Assembly: GCF_009914755.1 (NCBI RefSeq)
Contig: NC_060927.1
Length of the DNA: 64,000 bases
From: the human T2T-CHM13v2.0 reference genome, Homo sapiens
Reading direction: 5' to 3' (one strand)
Part shown: one piece after another, positions 28,930-42,199 of the stretch
How positions within the stretch are numbered: the first letter of the stretch is position 1
Layout of the letters: each line of letters opens with the position of its first letter
Program-made: the position numbers and the translations under genes
Notes under the pieces: generated by a model
Told to the model about the DNA's origin: nothing
Seen by the model: the letters and a program-made list of their open reading frames with translations, nothing else
The model's database searches: none

Positions 28930-29440
28930 TCAATTATCACTTGTTCCCTAGTGGCTTAAAGAAACCACTATTTTACTCTTTTTCACTATTCTGTGGGTTA
29001 GAAATTTGGAAAGGGCTTAGTTGGGACAGCTTATCTCTGCTCTACATAATGTCTTCTGAATCTGCAGGGGCAATGTGGCTTCTTCTCATGTCTGGCACCT
29101 TAGATTGGATGGCTAGCAGCAGGGAGCCAGCTGGAATGGCTCAATGTAGGTTATTTGACCGGGGCTGCTGTTAGAGGTTTGGGCTATGTTCCTCAGTTCT
29201 CCATGTTGTCTCAGGGCCTCTCCTTCCCCATGTAACCTCTCCAAGTGGCCTCTCACTATGGTTTTCCCATGCGGTCTCTCAAGGCTTAGGCCCAGCTCCT
29301 GCCCTGTGTCATTTCTGCCATACTGTACTGGTTAAGGCAGATCACAGAGATCACCTAGGTTCAAGGAGAGGGGTTTAAATGAGAGCAAGAATGCTGGGAA
29401 GTGTGATTGCCTGGAGGCCACCAAAGTGACAGTCTACCAA
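28930..29440 (-). mobile_element. MaLR solo LTR (MLT1F/H-like)
   Basis: tagtggcttaaagaaacc...ttctgtgggttagaaatttggaaagggcttagttggg; tgtcatttctgccatactgtactggt. Confidence 0.7.
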
Positions 29441-29518
29441 AAATGCAAAATAAAATTGTGATTAGATAAAATTTCACACCATCAGGATGGCAAAAATTAA
29501 AAAGAATATCAAGAATTA

Positions 29519-29614
29519 CTGAGTTACTTCACTTAGAATAATAGTCTCCAATCTTGTCCAGGTCACTGGAAATGCTGTTAATTCATTCCTTTTTATGGCT
29601 GCGTAGTATTCCAT

Positions 29615-29648
<34 letters not shown>

Positions 29649-30130
29649 ACAATATCTTTATCCATTTGTCGATTGATGGGCATTTGGGTTGGTTCCATGA
29701 TTTTGCAATCGTGAATTGTGCTGGTATAAACCTGCGTGTGCAAGTATCTTTTTTGAATAATGACTTCTTACCCAGTAGTGGGATTGCTGGATCAAATGGT
29801 AGTCCTACTTTTAGTTCTTTAAGGAATCTCCACACTGTTTTCCATAGTGACTGTTCTAGTTTACATTCCTCAGGAATGGAAAACAAAATATCATATGTTG
29901 TCACTGATATGTGGGAGTTAAGCTATGAGGACACAAATGTGTAAGAATAATACAACAGACTTTGGGGACTTGGGGGGACAAATGGGAGGGGGCAAGGGAT
30001 AAAAGACTACAAATACAGTGCAGTGTACACTGCTCAGGTGATGGGTGCACAAAAATCTCACAAATTACCACTAAAGAACTTACTCATGTAACCAAACACC
30101 ACCTGTACCCCAATAACTAATGGAAAAAAA
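29519..30130 (+). mobile_element. L1PB1-like, 5'-truncated with twin-priming inversion
   Basis: 29519-29868 is antisense L1PB; 29869-30130 is the sense 3'UTR ending ccaataactaatggaaaaaaa; both parts meet the consensus at gtaactcag|gaatgg. Confidence 0.9.
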
Positions 30131-30644
30131 GAATAATGAACCCATACAACTTAGAAGACATATAACCTAATTTAAAATGGGCAAAATATCTTAATAGCGT
30201 TTCTCTAAAGAATATATGCAAGTGGCCAAAAAGCACATGAAAAGATGCTCAACATCATTAGTCACTAGGGAAATTAAAATGAAAACCATGTGAACCATTT
30301 TATACCCTCTTGGATGGCTATAATAAAAAAAAAAAAAACCCAGATAACAAGTGCCGATGAGGCCAGGGAGAGTTTGGAACCCTCATACACTGTTGGTGGG
30401 AATGTAAATGGTACAGCCACTTTGGAAAACAGTATGGGACTTTCTCAATAGGTTAAATATAATGTTACCATGTGGGCCGGAGATTCTTCTCCTAGGTATA
30501 TACCCTAAATAATTTAAAACAGGTGTTCACACAAAATGTATACAAGGATGTTCATAGCAGTATTATTGATAGTGGCCTAAAGTGGAAACAACCCAAAGTC
30601 CATCAATTGATCAATGTATAAATAAATGTGATATCTATAGAAAA
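30131..30644 (+). mobile_element. L1MB/MC ORF2-end fragment, probably carried as a 3' transduction
   Basis: aaaagcacatgaaaagatgctcaacatcattagtca...ggtacagccactttggaaaacag; ends AATAAA + 14 nt + A6. Confidence 0.75.
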
Positions 30645-31529
30645 AAGAATTATTGAGGATGTGGAGTCATTGGAACACTTATGCATCATTGCTGTAGGTA
30701 TAAATTAGTTCAGTCACTTTGACAAGTTATTTTAAATTGAAGATATATGTACCCTATGACCCATCAAATTCTTCCTCCAGCAATCAAGAAACTCTTATAT
30801 ATATACCGGGAGATTAGAAATGTTCGCAGTAGCATACTTATAATAGCAAACACCTGGAAACAATCTGTGTGTCCATCAACAGAAAAATTGATAATGCACT
30901 ATACATACTATAAAATGATAAAAGTTAATGAACTAGTTACACACATCAACAGGGATGACTCTCGTAAACATAATGTTGCGCAAAGACAGCAATCTATAGG
31001 ATATTTATGTACAATATGATACCATGTACACGAACTTTAAAAACATGCAAATCAATGCTTGTTTTTTTTTTTTGCTAAGGGACACATGCATAGCAAAATT
31101 GATTCATGAGAATGGTATACACAAAATCCAGGTTGTGGTTATAGGGGTGGAAGCAGACACTCAGGAAGTCATACAAAAATTGTACAAAAAGTACCCTAAG
31201 TAATTCAGTAGCTGGGTTGTGAAGTGTTTTTCAACAACGTGTTTCAAGTGTTAGACAATGCCCATCACCTCCTGCTATGACAGATGAGGACACCGGTGTA
31301 CTTGTTCTTCCTCTCCTTCCCTTTCCTTCCAGAATGAAAAATTAGAGGCACCTCCCAGCTGTCTCATGGATACTCCATCCACCGTCCTCCACTAGCCTGC
31401 AGATTGCTGTCTCCTGGGCTAGGCAATGGAAGTAGAACACGGAGTATCTGAGGCTCAGATCGCCAAGTTACTCCCTGGGGGTCTTTAACATTCCTGCCTT
31501 CCAGGTGCTCAGGGTACACAGTCCAGTGA

Positions 31530-31950
<421 letters not shown>

Positions 31951-33341
31951 TCTTTCTCTTCTTTCCTGTCCTACATCCGACCTTGGATTCTTACCTCTCC
32001 GTGTGGTCAGCCTGCTAGCAGCCTGAACATTCCCTGGGAGCTCTTGATCCCCAAGCTGTTCCTTAGCACATTAAAGTTGAGAAACACTATTCAGAACTCA
32101 AAGCCAAGATTTTGTCTTCTTTGCTCTCTGGTCCCTCCAAGCTGACTCTCCTAAAGCAACGAGGGCCGACCCCAGGGAAGAGGTTCAAATGAGTACACCT
32201 CAGAGGAGAGGAAGTTCAGCAATGGAGGTGTGTACACGTAATTTAATATTTGACAACATCTTCCATCACATTTTGCTCCTTTCATCTTGTTTCTTGGTGC
32301 ACTTTTGCCAAGGTCCTGTGCTGGTCCCTGTTTGGATGTTACTCATCAACCCTCTCTGTTATTTAAGGAAGAATGGTGGTGGGAGGGGTGGGGGAGTGTA
32401 AGCTGAGGGCAGCTGCAAATTTCAATTTATATATTGTAACATTCAAAACGCTCTCAACAGATGGGTGGTGGCTGTGTGCTCCTATGTCCCCACTCAGTTT
32501 TCAGAGGACTATTTCTGCCCTTCTCTGCCCATCTTCATCCCTTCTGCCCCACAGGGCCAAGACAACCAAGGCCCATAGTCCAGCCTGAGAACTTGGTTTC
32601 TTCGGTCTGCACCTTGTTTTATCTCCTGTGAAAAATATAAGCCAGGAGGTTTTACACTCAGTTCTTGAGCATCTGAAGATCTGACAGCTGATCTGAAGAG
32701 CCGAGGCCCCCTCATTCCCTCCTAGCTTCAGTCACAGTTGTTAGGGGTAGAGAGTGAGGTAGCATCTCCTTTACTTGGTCGTGTCCTCCCCCGGTCAGTC
32801 TCCCTCACACACCTGTGCACAGCTCCCTGCTCCTGCTTCCCCCTATGCCTGGCCAGCCCCTGTGGATGCTTGAGTCCTCGCTCTGATCCAATTAATCAGT
32901 GCCATGTCCTTTCAAGGAAATGTCTATCAGGTGTGTGTGGCTCTCAACATTCATACTTGCTCCAGCCTTTTTCATTTTTAACATAGATTTAAACAATCGT
33001 GTCCTTTGAGGTTTATGCCTTTGCTGCATGCTTAGAAAGGCTTAACCAACAAGTGATTTTAAAAAAGATATATTTACTTCTTTTTTCCAGTCATGGTTTT
33101 GCATTTCCATTAAACACATCTAAATCCTTATGGATGTTTGTGTCTGTTTCTGGGATTGTTTGCTCCCTTCTGCAGTGTACTCCTTAGACTCTCAGGGGTT
33201 CAGCCTCAGCCCAGCTCCTCTGAGGGGATCTGTGTTTCTTCCCAAGGAAGCTCACACTTGGCTGGAGGAAGACTAGCCAGAAACTCCAAAGGGGAGTGGG
33301 AAACAGTGAGCAAGTGGCCTGTGGAGAGATCTGAGAGACCA

Positions 33342-33368
33342 GTGTGTGTGTGTGTGTGTGTGTGTGTG
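33342..33368. repeat. (GT)n microsatellite
   Basis: Direct reading of the sequence. Confidence 0.95.
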
Positions 33369-33845
33369 CACTCTCGTTCCAAAGGGGTACAACCATTGCA
33401 ATGCAGTTTTAACTTGATTCCATTTATTCCTTAATTGAGACAATAGGAGGCCTAGGGCATGATGTCCTTCAACTTTCATCCTCTCATTTCTCATTCATAA
33501 AGATTCTGCTCATGGGAAGAGGTGGCCCTCTCTCTCTGATCAGCTACTACTCCTCTCTCTTCTACTCCCTCTCATCAGCTCTCATACTCCTGGGTCTTCT
33601 TCCATCTGCAAGTTTTCCTCTCTCCTGTTTCTCCACCTTCTGTTTCCTTCCCACTAAAGCACAGAGGATGAGGATGAGAGAGTCTAGTGTGTCTGGTGGA
33701 TGGCAACAAGTCCAGAGTGGGAGGAACATGGGTGTGGGTGGGTGGTGAACACCAGGAGAGGAAAGTAAGAGGTGGGTGGGGCCGGGATTGTGTGTCTCCT
33801 TTGCTGGATAGCAGGAAACCAAAAGGGTTATCAAGCAGAAAATAC

Positions 33846-34702
33846 TGCAGGCCAGTTTTCTGAGTGGTCTCAGATCAACCCAGTTCTCCCTTCTTTCTCA
33901 TTTGTAGTTCTCATGAGTAACTGTAGACTGTGCTGGGAATGCAACATTCCTGAATGCTATGGTTTAGTACTTGTCCCCTCCAAAACTCACATTAACATTT
34001 AATTGTCAATGTAACAGTGTTGGAAGGTGGGGCCTTAACATAGATTTAAGAAGTGACTAGGATATGAAGGTTTCACCCTCATGGGTGGGTTTAACTTCTT
34101 AATGAAAGGGCTTTTGGGAGTGGGTTCTCTCCCTTGCCCATCCACTATCTACCATGGGATGACAGAGCAAAAAGATCCTCACAAGATGCTGGCCCCTTGA
34201 TTGTGGACTTCCAGCCTCCAGAACTGTGAACCAATAAATTTACGTTCATTATAAATTACCCAGTCTGTGGTATTCTGTTATAGCAGCACAAAGTGGACTA
34301 AGACACTGAGCTAAGGAGGAATCAGCTGGAACAGCCCAGGCTCTGTCTCTGTCCCTCCTAGAACAAGATGTTCTAGAATACTTTAGCCTAGAAAATCATA
34401 CCTCCAGGGCATAACACCCAGGGCAGCTGCCTTGTGGGGGTCCCTCAGCTGTTGTGCCATATGGGGCATGCATGGATAAGATTTCATCCACCCTGGGCAG
34501 CATTCCTGAGCCTTGAGGGACCAGCTTGCCATGAATCCTAGGCTTCTACTGTCTCTCCCTGCTTATGTGTGAGTAATAAAGTTGCTTTGCTCAACTTGTT
34601 GGGTGAGTATTCTGTCTCACTGGACTCATGCAAGTAGTAGAAATTGCAGCCCAAGATGCAGTGGCCTGAGGTGATAACCAGTGCACAGGGAACCTCCTTC
34701 AA
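33846..34702 (+). mobile_element. ERVL solo LTR (MER70-like) split by an MST insertion
   Basis: tgcaggccagtt...tgtagttctc...tgtgctgggaatgcaacattcctga|...gtaataaa...ccagtgcacagggaacctccttca. Confidence 0.75.
33955..34305 (+). mobile_element. MaLR solo LTR (MSTD-like)
   Basis: tgctatggttt...cccagtctgtggtattctgttatagcagcaca...gactaagaca; 5-bp TSD ctgaa/ctgag. Confidence 0.9.
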
Positions 34703-35910
34703 AAATACATGGTCATAATTATTCTAGAAAATTCTCGCTGGTAGAGTAGAAAAGGCAGGCTGGGAGGGCTCCTGACAGGAGACAGAAACCTTTCTATTTA
34801 AATCTAGGTCAGAGGTAGAGATTCAGGCTGGGCTGTGAGAACAGAACTGAGGCGATGTTAGGGCTCATGGAACTATTTGACTGAGGATTCACTCCATGTA
34901 TGAGTTCAGGGCTCTATTGGGCCTACTTCACTGGACCAAGGGGGTGAACCTGAGCCTTGACTAGGGGTTCACATCCCATCTGGGTATCATAGGATGCAGC
35001 AGTTTGCAGCAGGATTCCAGCTATAACATCAGACCAGTCATCTTCACCTACCCATTCGTGACACTCAGCTTGAAAGCTAAGCATATCTGCTTCAATAGGG
35101 ACCTAGCTATGTCTTCTTCCCCATTGGAACAATGTCCTCCCAAAAAACTCTTCCTTCCTCCTGACACTCTTCCATTAAAGTTCCAACCCTAGTACAGAAA
35201 GTTCTCCCTTTCTGGTGTCCAAATCTTTCTAAGATAAGTCCCTGCAATTTACAACGTTGCCTCTCATAGCACCTCTCCTCAAAAGAAAAGTATTAAGGTA
35301 GAAGGCAGAGCACAGAAGTCATGGTCTTCTTTGCAGAGTTCTGTTGGACCATGCTGAACTACTAATCTGCACCTCTAGGTCTCTGTGGAGTGTGATATTC
35401 ACCCCACCCCCAGCCATCCAGCTACATGCACTTTTATTGGGTTCAGAATCCCAACGGGAAATAACTAGAGCCCTATCCATAATTGAGATTTGGTTTTATG
35501 TAGCCTGGTTGTAGATAGCCGGGAGGAGGTGTATTGTCCAGACTGATGTCAAATGGTTATCAAAAAGGATATTAGGGCCCCTAGGTAAAAGAAAAATCAC
35601 ATTAATACAGAAGAGGTCCCACACAGTGGCCAGATATAGCCTTTGGGTTTTGAAGAGAAGGGATCATTAGGCTATACCTGAACACAGCCCAATATAGCCC
35701 CCTGGAGACACCTTTAGATTCTCAGAAGGATGTGGTTTTAAGATCCAACTGAAAGAATTGTGTCTATAAGAACTTAAGCTATTCTGCTAGGGAAACGGGT
35801 GGCAATTTGGGAAGAAGCATTCCACTGGGGGCCCAAGCAACTCTGTAGGCTCCACTACTTCTCTCTCTTCAAAGCATAGCATTGGGAAGGAAAGGAAAGG
35901 AATGAATTAT

Positions 35911-36171
35911 CAGGCTGGAGTGCAGTGGCATGATCACAGCTCACTGCATCCTTGAACTCCTGGACTCATGTAATCCCCCTGCCTCAGTCTCCTGAGTAGC
36001 TGGTACTACAGGCATGTGCCACCATGCCTGGCTAATTTTTTAAATTATTTTTGTAGAGATGGGGTCTCAACTTCTTGCCCAGGCTGGTCTTGAACTCCTG
36101 GGCTCAAGCAATCCTCCCTCCTCTTCCTTCCAAAGTGCTAGGATTAGTGGTGTGAGCCACCTTGCCTGGCC
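35911..36171 (-). mobile_element. AluJ lacking its 3' end and tail
   Basis: gatcacagctcactgca and ctcctgggctcaagcaatcctcc J diagnostics; begins abruptly at caggctggagtgcag. Confidence 0.9.
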
Positions 36172-36264
36172 TACTTATATACTCTTTAACAAGTTCTGTG
36201 TGTATTTGTCTAATGCACACTATCTTCTATTACCTGGGCAGAAATATCAACACCCTCATCTTTT

Positions 36265-36700
36265 CTAAAAAACCAGCCTTATTGAGGTATGAGCACATAC
36301 AATAAAATGCATACTTTTAAGCATATAATTTGATGTTTTGACATATGTATACACTCATGGAATCATCTCCACAATCAAGGTAGTGAACATACCTATCACC
36401 CCAAAGAATTTCCTCCTGTCCCTTTGTAATTCTTCCCTTCCCTGTTTCTCTGCTTTTTCTCCTCTCACCATCTAGCACTTCCCACTGTTGCCTGGAAACT
36501 TTCTCCGACCATTAAACTTGGATGATCATAGGGCTGGCCAAAGCTGTTTTCTGCCTCTCAGGGATAACAATTCTTTGTTACCCAGTGCTCAATGTCCCAA
36601 GTACTATTGTTTTGTGTATGTTGTCTGGACTTTTAGTTGTTTCAGTTCATAGAGCAAACCTGGTTTATGTTATTCCACCCTGAATGGAAAAGGAATTCCA
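36265..36700 (-). mobile_element. L1M fragments (3' end plus probable 5' piece)
   Basis: cttattgaggtat...catacaataaaatgcatac...cacaatcaaggtagtgaacatacctatcacccc. Confidence 0.6.
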
Positions 36701-36878
36701 ACCTGTTCATCTTGTATGATTATCTGAAATTTCATTAGTAAATGATGCATTCTCTCCTTCAATTCATAAAGTCTGAACAATGTTGTGGTTGATCATCCTG
36801 AGTATCCATTATGGGAAAGATACTTTTACTCATCCAGTCATCCAACAAACATCTTTGAGAATGTCTGTGTTGCAGAGT

Positions 36879-37270
36879 TTTCTTTTTTAAAATTATTATT
36901 ATTATACTTTAAGTTCTAGGGTACATGTGCGCAACGTGCAGATTTGTTACATAGATATACATGTGCTGTGTTGGTTTGCTGCACCCATTAACTCGTCATT
37001 TACATTAGGTATTTCTCTTAATGCTATCTTTCCCTCAGCCCCCCACCCCATGACAGGCCCCAGTGTGTTATGTTCCCCGCCCTGTATCCAAGTGTTCTCA
37101 TTGTTCAATTCCCACCTATGAGTGAGAACATGCTGTGTTTAGTTTTCTGTCCTTGTGAGTTTGCTCAGAATGATCGTTTCCAGCGTCACCCATGTCCCTG
37201 AAAAGGACATGAACTCATCCTTTTTTATGGCTGCATAGTATTCCATGGTGTATATGTGCCACATTTTCTT
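36879..37270 (-). mobile_element. L1PA (about PA5-PA7) 3' end, copy 1, about 390 bp
   Basis: ttattatactttaagttctagggtacatgtg...gtatatgtgccacattttctt. Confidence 0.95.
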
Positions 37271-38679
37271 TTCTTTTTTTTTTATTATACTTTAAGTTCT
37301 AGGGTACATGTGCACAACATGCAGTTTTGTTACATATGTATACATGTGCCATGTTGGTTTTTGCACCCATTAACTCATCATTTACATTAGGTATTTCTCC
37401 TAATGCTATCCCTCCTCCACCACCCCCCCCCACCCCATGACAGGCCCTGGTGTGTGATGTTCCCCACCCTGTGTCCAAGTGTTCTCATTGTTCAACTCCT
37501 ACCTATGAGTGAGAACATGTGGTGTTTGGTTTTCTGTCCTTGTGATAGTTTGCTGAGAATGATGGTTTCCAGCTTTATCCATGTCCCTACAAGGGACATG
37601 AACTCATCCTTTTTTTTATGGCTGCATAGTATTCCATGGTGTATATGTGCCACATTTTCTTAATCCAGTCTATCATTGATGGACATTTGGGTTGGTTCCA
37701 AGTCTTTGCTATTGTGAATAGTGCTGCAATAAACATAAGTGTGCATGTGTCTTTATAGTAGCATGATTTATAATCCTTTGGGTATATGCTCAGTAATGGG
37801 ACCACTGGGTCAAATGGCATTTCTAGTTCTAGATCCTTGAGGAATCGCCACACTGTATTCCACAATGATTGAACTAATTTACACTCCCATCAACAGTGTA
37901 AAAGCATTTCCATTTCTCCACATCCTCTCTAGCATCTGTTGTTTCCTGACTTTTTAATGATTGCTATTCTAACTGGTGTGAGATGGTAGGTATCTCATTG
38001 TGGTTTTGATTTGCATTTCTCCGATGAACAGTGATGATGAGCATTTTTTCATGTGTCTGTTGGCTGCATAAATGTCTTCTTTTGAGAAGTATCTGTTCAT
38101 ATCCTTTACCCACTTTTTGATGGGATTGTTTGCTTTTTTCTTGTAAATTTGTTTAAGTTCTGTGTAGATTCTGGATATTAGACCTTTGTCAGATGGGTAG
38201 ATTGCAAAAATTTTCTCCCATTCTGTAGGTTGCCTGTTCACTCTGATGGCAGTTTCTTTTGCTGTGCAGAAGCTCTTTAGTTTAATTAGATCCCATTTGT
38301 CTATTTTGGCTTTTGTTGTCATTGCTTTTTTTTAGTCATGAAGTCCTTGCCTATGCCTGTGTCCTGAATGGTATTGCCTAGGTTTTCTTCTAGGGTTTTT
38401 ATGGTTTTAGGTCTAACATTTAAGTCTTTAATCCATCTTGAATTAATTTTTGTATAAGGAAGAGATCCAGTTTCAGCTTTCTACATATGACTAGCCAGTT
38501 TTCCCAGCACCAGTTATTAAATATAGACTCCTTTCCCCATTTCTTGTTTTTGTCAGGTTTGTCAAAGATCAGATGGTTGTAGATGTGTGGTGTTATTACT
38601 GAGGCCTCTGTTCTGTTCCTTTGCTTGATATCTCTGTTTTGGTACCAGTACCATGCTGTTTTGGTTACTGTAGCCTTGT
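37271..38679 (-). mobile_element. L1PA (about PA5-PA7) 3' 1.4 kb, copy 2, with ORF2 C-terminal remnant
   Basis: Second ttattatactttaagttctaggg start; ORFs 37969-38322 ([20 protein letters not shown]) and 37587-37865 (WRFLKDLELE...WHIYTMEYYAAIK) are L1 ORF2p; the pair sits within an L2 relic. Confidence 0.97.
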
Positions 38680-38839
38680 TGGTATTGGCAATATAGTGAT
38701 GAGCAAGACAGACATTGTCCCTGCCATCAGGGAAACCACTGCCAAGTGGCAGGCACTGATCACTAAACAGACAATCTCAATTCAGAAAAGCACATTAGAG
38801 GCCATAGCAATGTTCTATGGGAGTGTATGTTCACAGATT

Positions 38840-39685
<846 letters not shown>

Positions 39686-40495
39686 GTGTATTTATCTAAA
39701 TTAGTACAACAATTCCTGGGAGATTTTCTTAAGAACTCATTCTACACATGATAAAACTGTATCTTGGAGTTTTGTTTTTTTTTTTAAGATCAAAGGGCTA
39801 GAAAGTAGTAGAACTAGAATTCAACACAGGTCATCAGACTCCAACTTTACTGTTCTTTCTACATATACTGAATGCCGCCCAGAAGACATGCCATCATGAG
39901 CATGGGTCCAGGTGAGCTCAGTGAGCTTGCTATGAGACCTCCAGGGGCCCAGTCATTCCACTGCAGTAACAGTAAACCCAACAGTAAAAAGAAGCCCCCA
40001 TGCCTGTATGCTGGTGTGTGTCCAGGGATCTTGTGATGACTGATGGGCAGTGCTGAAGTCCTGGCTTTGAATCAGTTGCCACATATATGCAGGGTGCTAG
40101 GGTTCTGAAGTGCAAACATGTGACCCTGTCCTCAAGGAGCTTGAAGTCTAGGGACAGAGAGCAATAGGCTGAGAGCTAAGTAGGACACGGATGCGGGCTA
40201 GTCAGGGAGGGAGGGGCACCCAGAAAGGGAGTGGCCAGTGGGTTCTGTGGGCAGATGGCAAGGGCATCTGGGCATGAGGGAAATGGCACAGGGTCTTAAA
40301 CCAGCCCCTGTTCAGGGAACCACTTGCAGGTGGGAATAGTTTAAGCAAGGTGTGCTGGGAAGGGGCTGGTGGAAAGGGCAGGGAGGAGGACTCAGGACTC
40401 AGAGGACAGGCAGGGAGTAGGTCCCAGAGGTCCTGCAGGTTGAGCTAAGGAATCTGGGCCTGGCAGTGGGACTCGCTGAAGACTTTTCACTAGGT

Positions 40496-40678
40496 CAGTG
40501 TCTTTCAACTTTAGCAGGTAACAGAACCAGTTGGAGAACTTATGGAAACCCAAATTGTTGGGCCTTCCCCAAAGTTCCTGAATCCATAGGTCTGAGATGT
40601 GTCTGGAGAATTTGCACTTCTAACCAGTTCACTGGGGATGCTTATGCTGGTGGTCCAGGAGCCACACTCTGAGTATCA
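40496..40678. mobile_element. MER5A within L2 relic (about 40090-40880)
   Basis: cagtgtctttcaactt...gaatttgcacttctaaccagttc...gccacactctgagtatcac. Confidence 0.75.
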
Positions 40679-41052
40679 CCAGATCAGGCAAGGGAACTGC
40701 TCGGATTTTGGCTGGGGTGGACTGGGGAGGGACCAGCTGCAACAGGGAGGTAGGTTAGAAGGCTGTTGCTTGCTGCAATGATTCAGCGGAGAGCCAAAAG
40801 AGCCTGAACCAGGTATATGGGGTGGGGAGGAGAATGGAAGGAAAAATGTCTAAGAGGAGAATCAATAAAACTTCAATGGTTTGGGAAAAGGTAATATAAA
40901 AATCCAAGTGGATCTTATCACTATCCCAGAGTCTCAAGATGAAGGGTCTGTGTGTGCAACCGGGAGAGCTGTACAGAGAGACTCATAGACCCTCCCCACC
41001 GCTTTGCAACTTTCCTTTCCTGTCCATAGTCAGAATAACAACAGGGGTTGTT

Positions 41053-41053
<1 letters not shown>

Positions 41054-41091
<38 letters not shown>
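41054..41091. repeat. Pure poly(A), 38 nt
   Basis: Direct count from the sequence. Confidence 0.97.
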
Positions 41092-41093
<2 letters not shown>

Positions 41094-42199
41094 AAAATGA
41101 TGCAAGGAAGGTAAAGTGGGATGATAAAATGAAATGAGAGACCAGCAGAGAATTGATCATCATCTAGAGCCCAGAGGCTAGGAGAGTTGAGCGTTGAGCA
41201 GACAGGAATGGAGCAAGCAGGACAGACAGACCAGAGCTTCCAGCCCTGGGCCACACTGGTAGAGCAGGTGCCTGAGTCGCTAATGGGTGTGAGCGCCCAG
41301 GGTTGAGTCCAGTCTTCTGAAAGTTAATTAATCCCTTGCTACAAGCCCCTGCAGTATGTGAGCTTGGCATTGGAAGCAAGGGGCGCTAGTAAGCAAAGGC
41401 TCCCCTGAGCTGAATAACACCTCATTTCACCTGCCTTTCCTGGGCTGCTTTCCCTGGATTCTGCAACCTGCAGTGCTTTGGGGACTGAATCACCATTAAT
41501 ATCCCCTGACCAACCTTCCCAATGTGAGCTCTTCGGGGTTCCTTCAGGCAGGGCATTTTTATCTGCAATCAGGCCAGGTGTTGAGCAAGGCTGTCTGGTG
41601 TGCTGGGAAGGGCCCCTGGCTGCAGTCTCTGGCCTGCTGCTTTGGCCAGAGCCCCTCCGTCCCTGCTAGTATATGACCCAGCCCCTGTAGGCACATTCTA
41701 AAGGAGTGGCCCCATAGAACCCATTCTTCTGCTCCTAAGCCTAGGGCTGCTTCTGGAACTCTGAGTGGAAGCAACTGAGCCCAGGGCAGCAGGATTCCTC
41801 CATCTCTCTCAGCAGCTCATAGGATAGGATGGAGTTGCCTCCTGCTTTGAGGATCAGATAGTGGCAGCGCTGCTCTGAGCCCCTGTGTTGCTGGGGTCAG
41901 GACTCAGTGCTAGCGTTTGTACACATGCAGGGCCTTTTTCCTTGGTACCCAACCTGACACTAGCAGAACTGCAGCCTCCCCTTGGAGACAGGTGGGGGAA
42001 GCCAGCTCATCTGTGCATGGGTCTGGGGAACAAAGGGGCTTCCTACAAGCCATGTATTGATCCTCTGGCCTTATCTTTCCCACTTAGCCTCCATACCATG
42101 AGTCTTTCTTGCCTAGAAGTGCTGGGCATTTCTGGGCTGGCAGAAGAAAGGGGTTTATGTCCAAAACCAACAGATTCTCCAGAGAAAGCTTTGTTTGCT

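Larger units (their letters stand above)
21930..31200 (+). mobile_element. Long old L1ME/L1MD element (endonuclease region to 3'UTR) hosting many nested insertions
   Basis: Collinear sense ORF2 pieces at about 21930-22925, 25800-26070, 27124-28920, 29440-29518 and 30653-31200. Confidence 0.75.

Noticed and set aside
37587-38322. ORFs with clear protein-like sequence
   Set aside because: L1 ORF2p C-terminal remnants of a truncated, frameshifted L1PA (for example the ggta duplication near 37985), not a host gene
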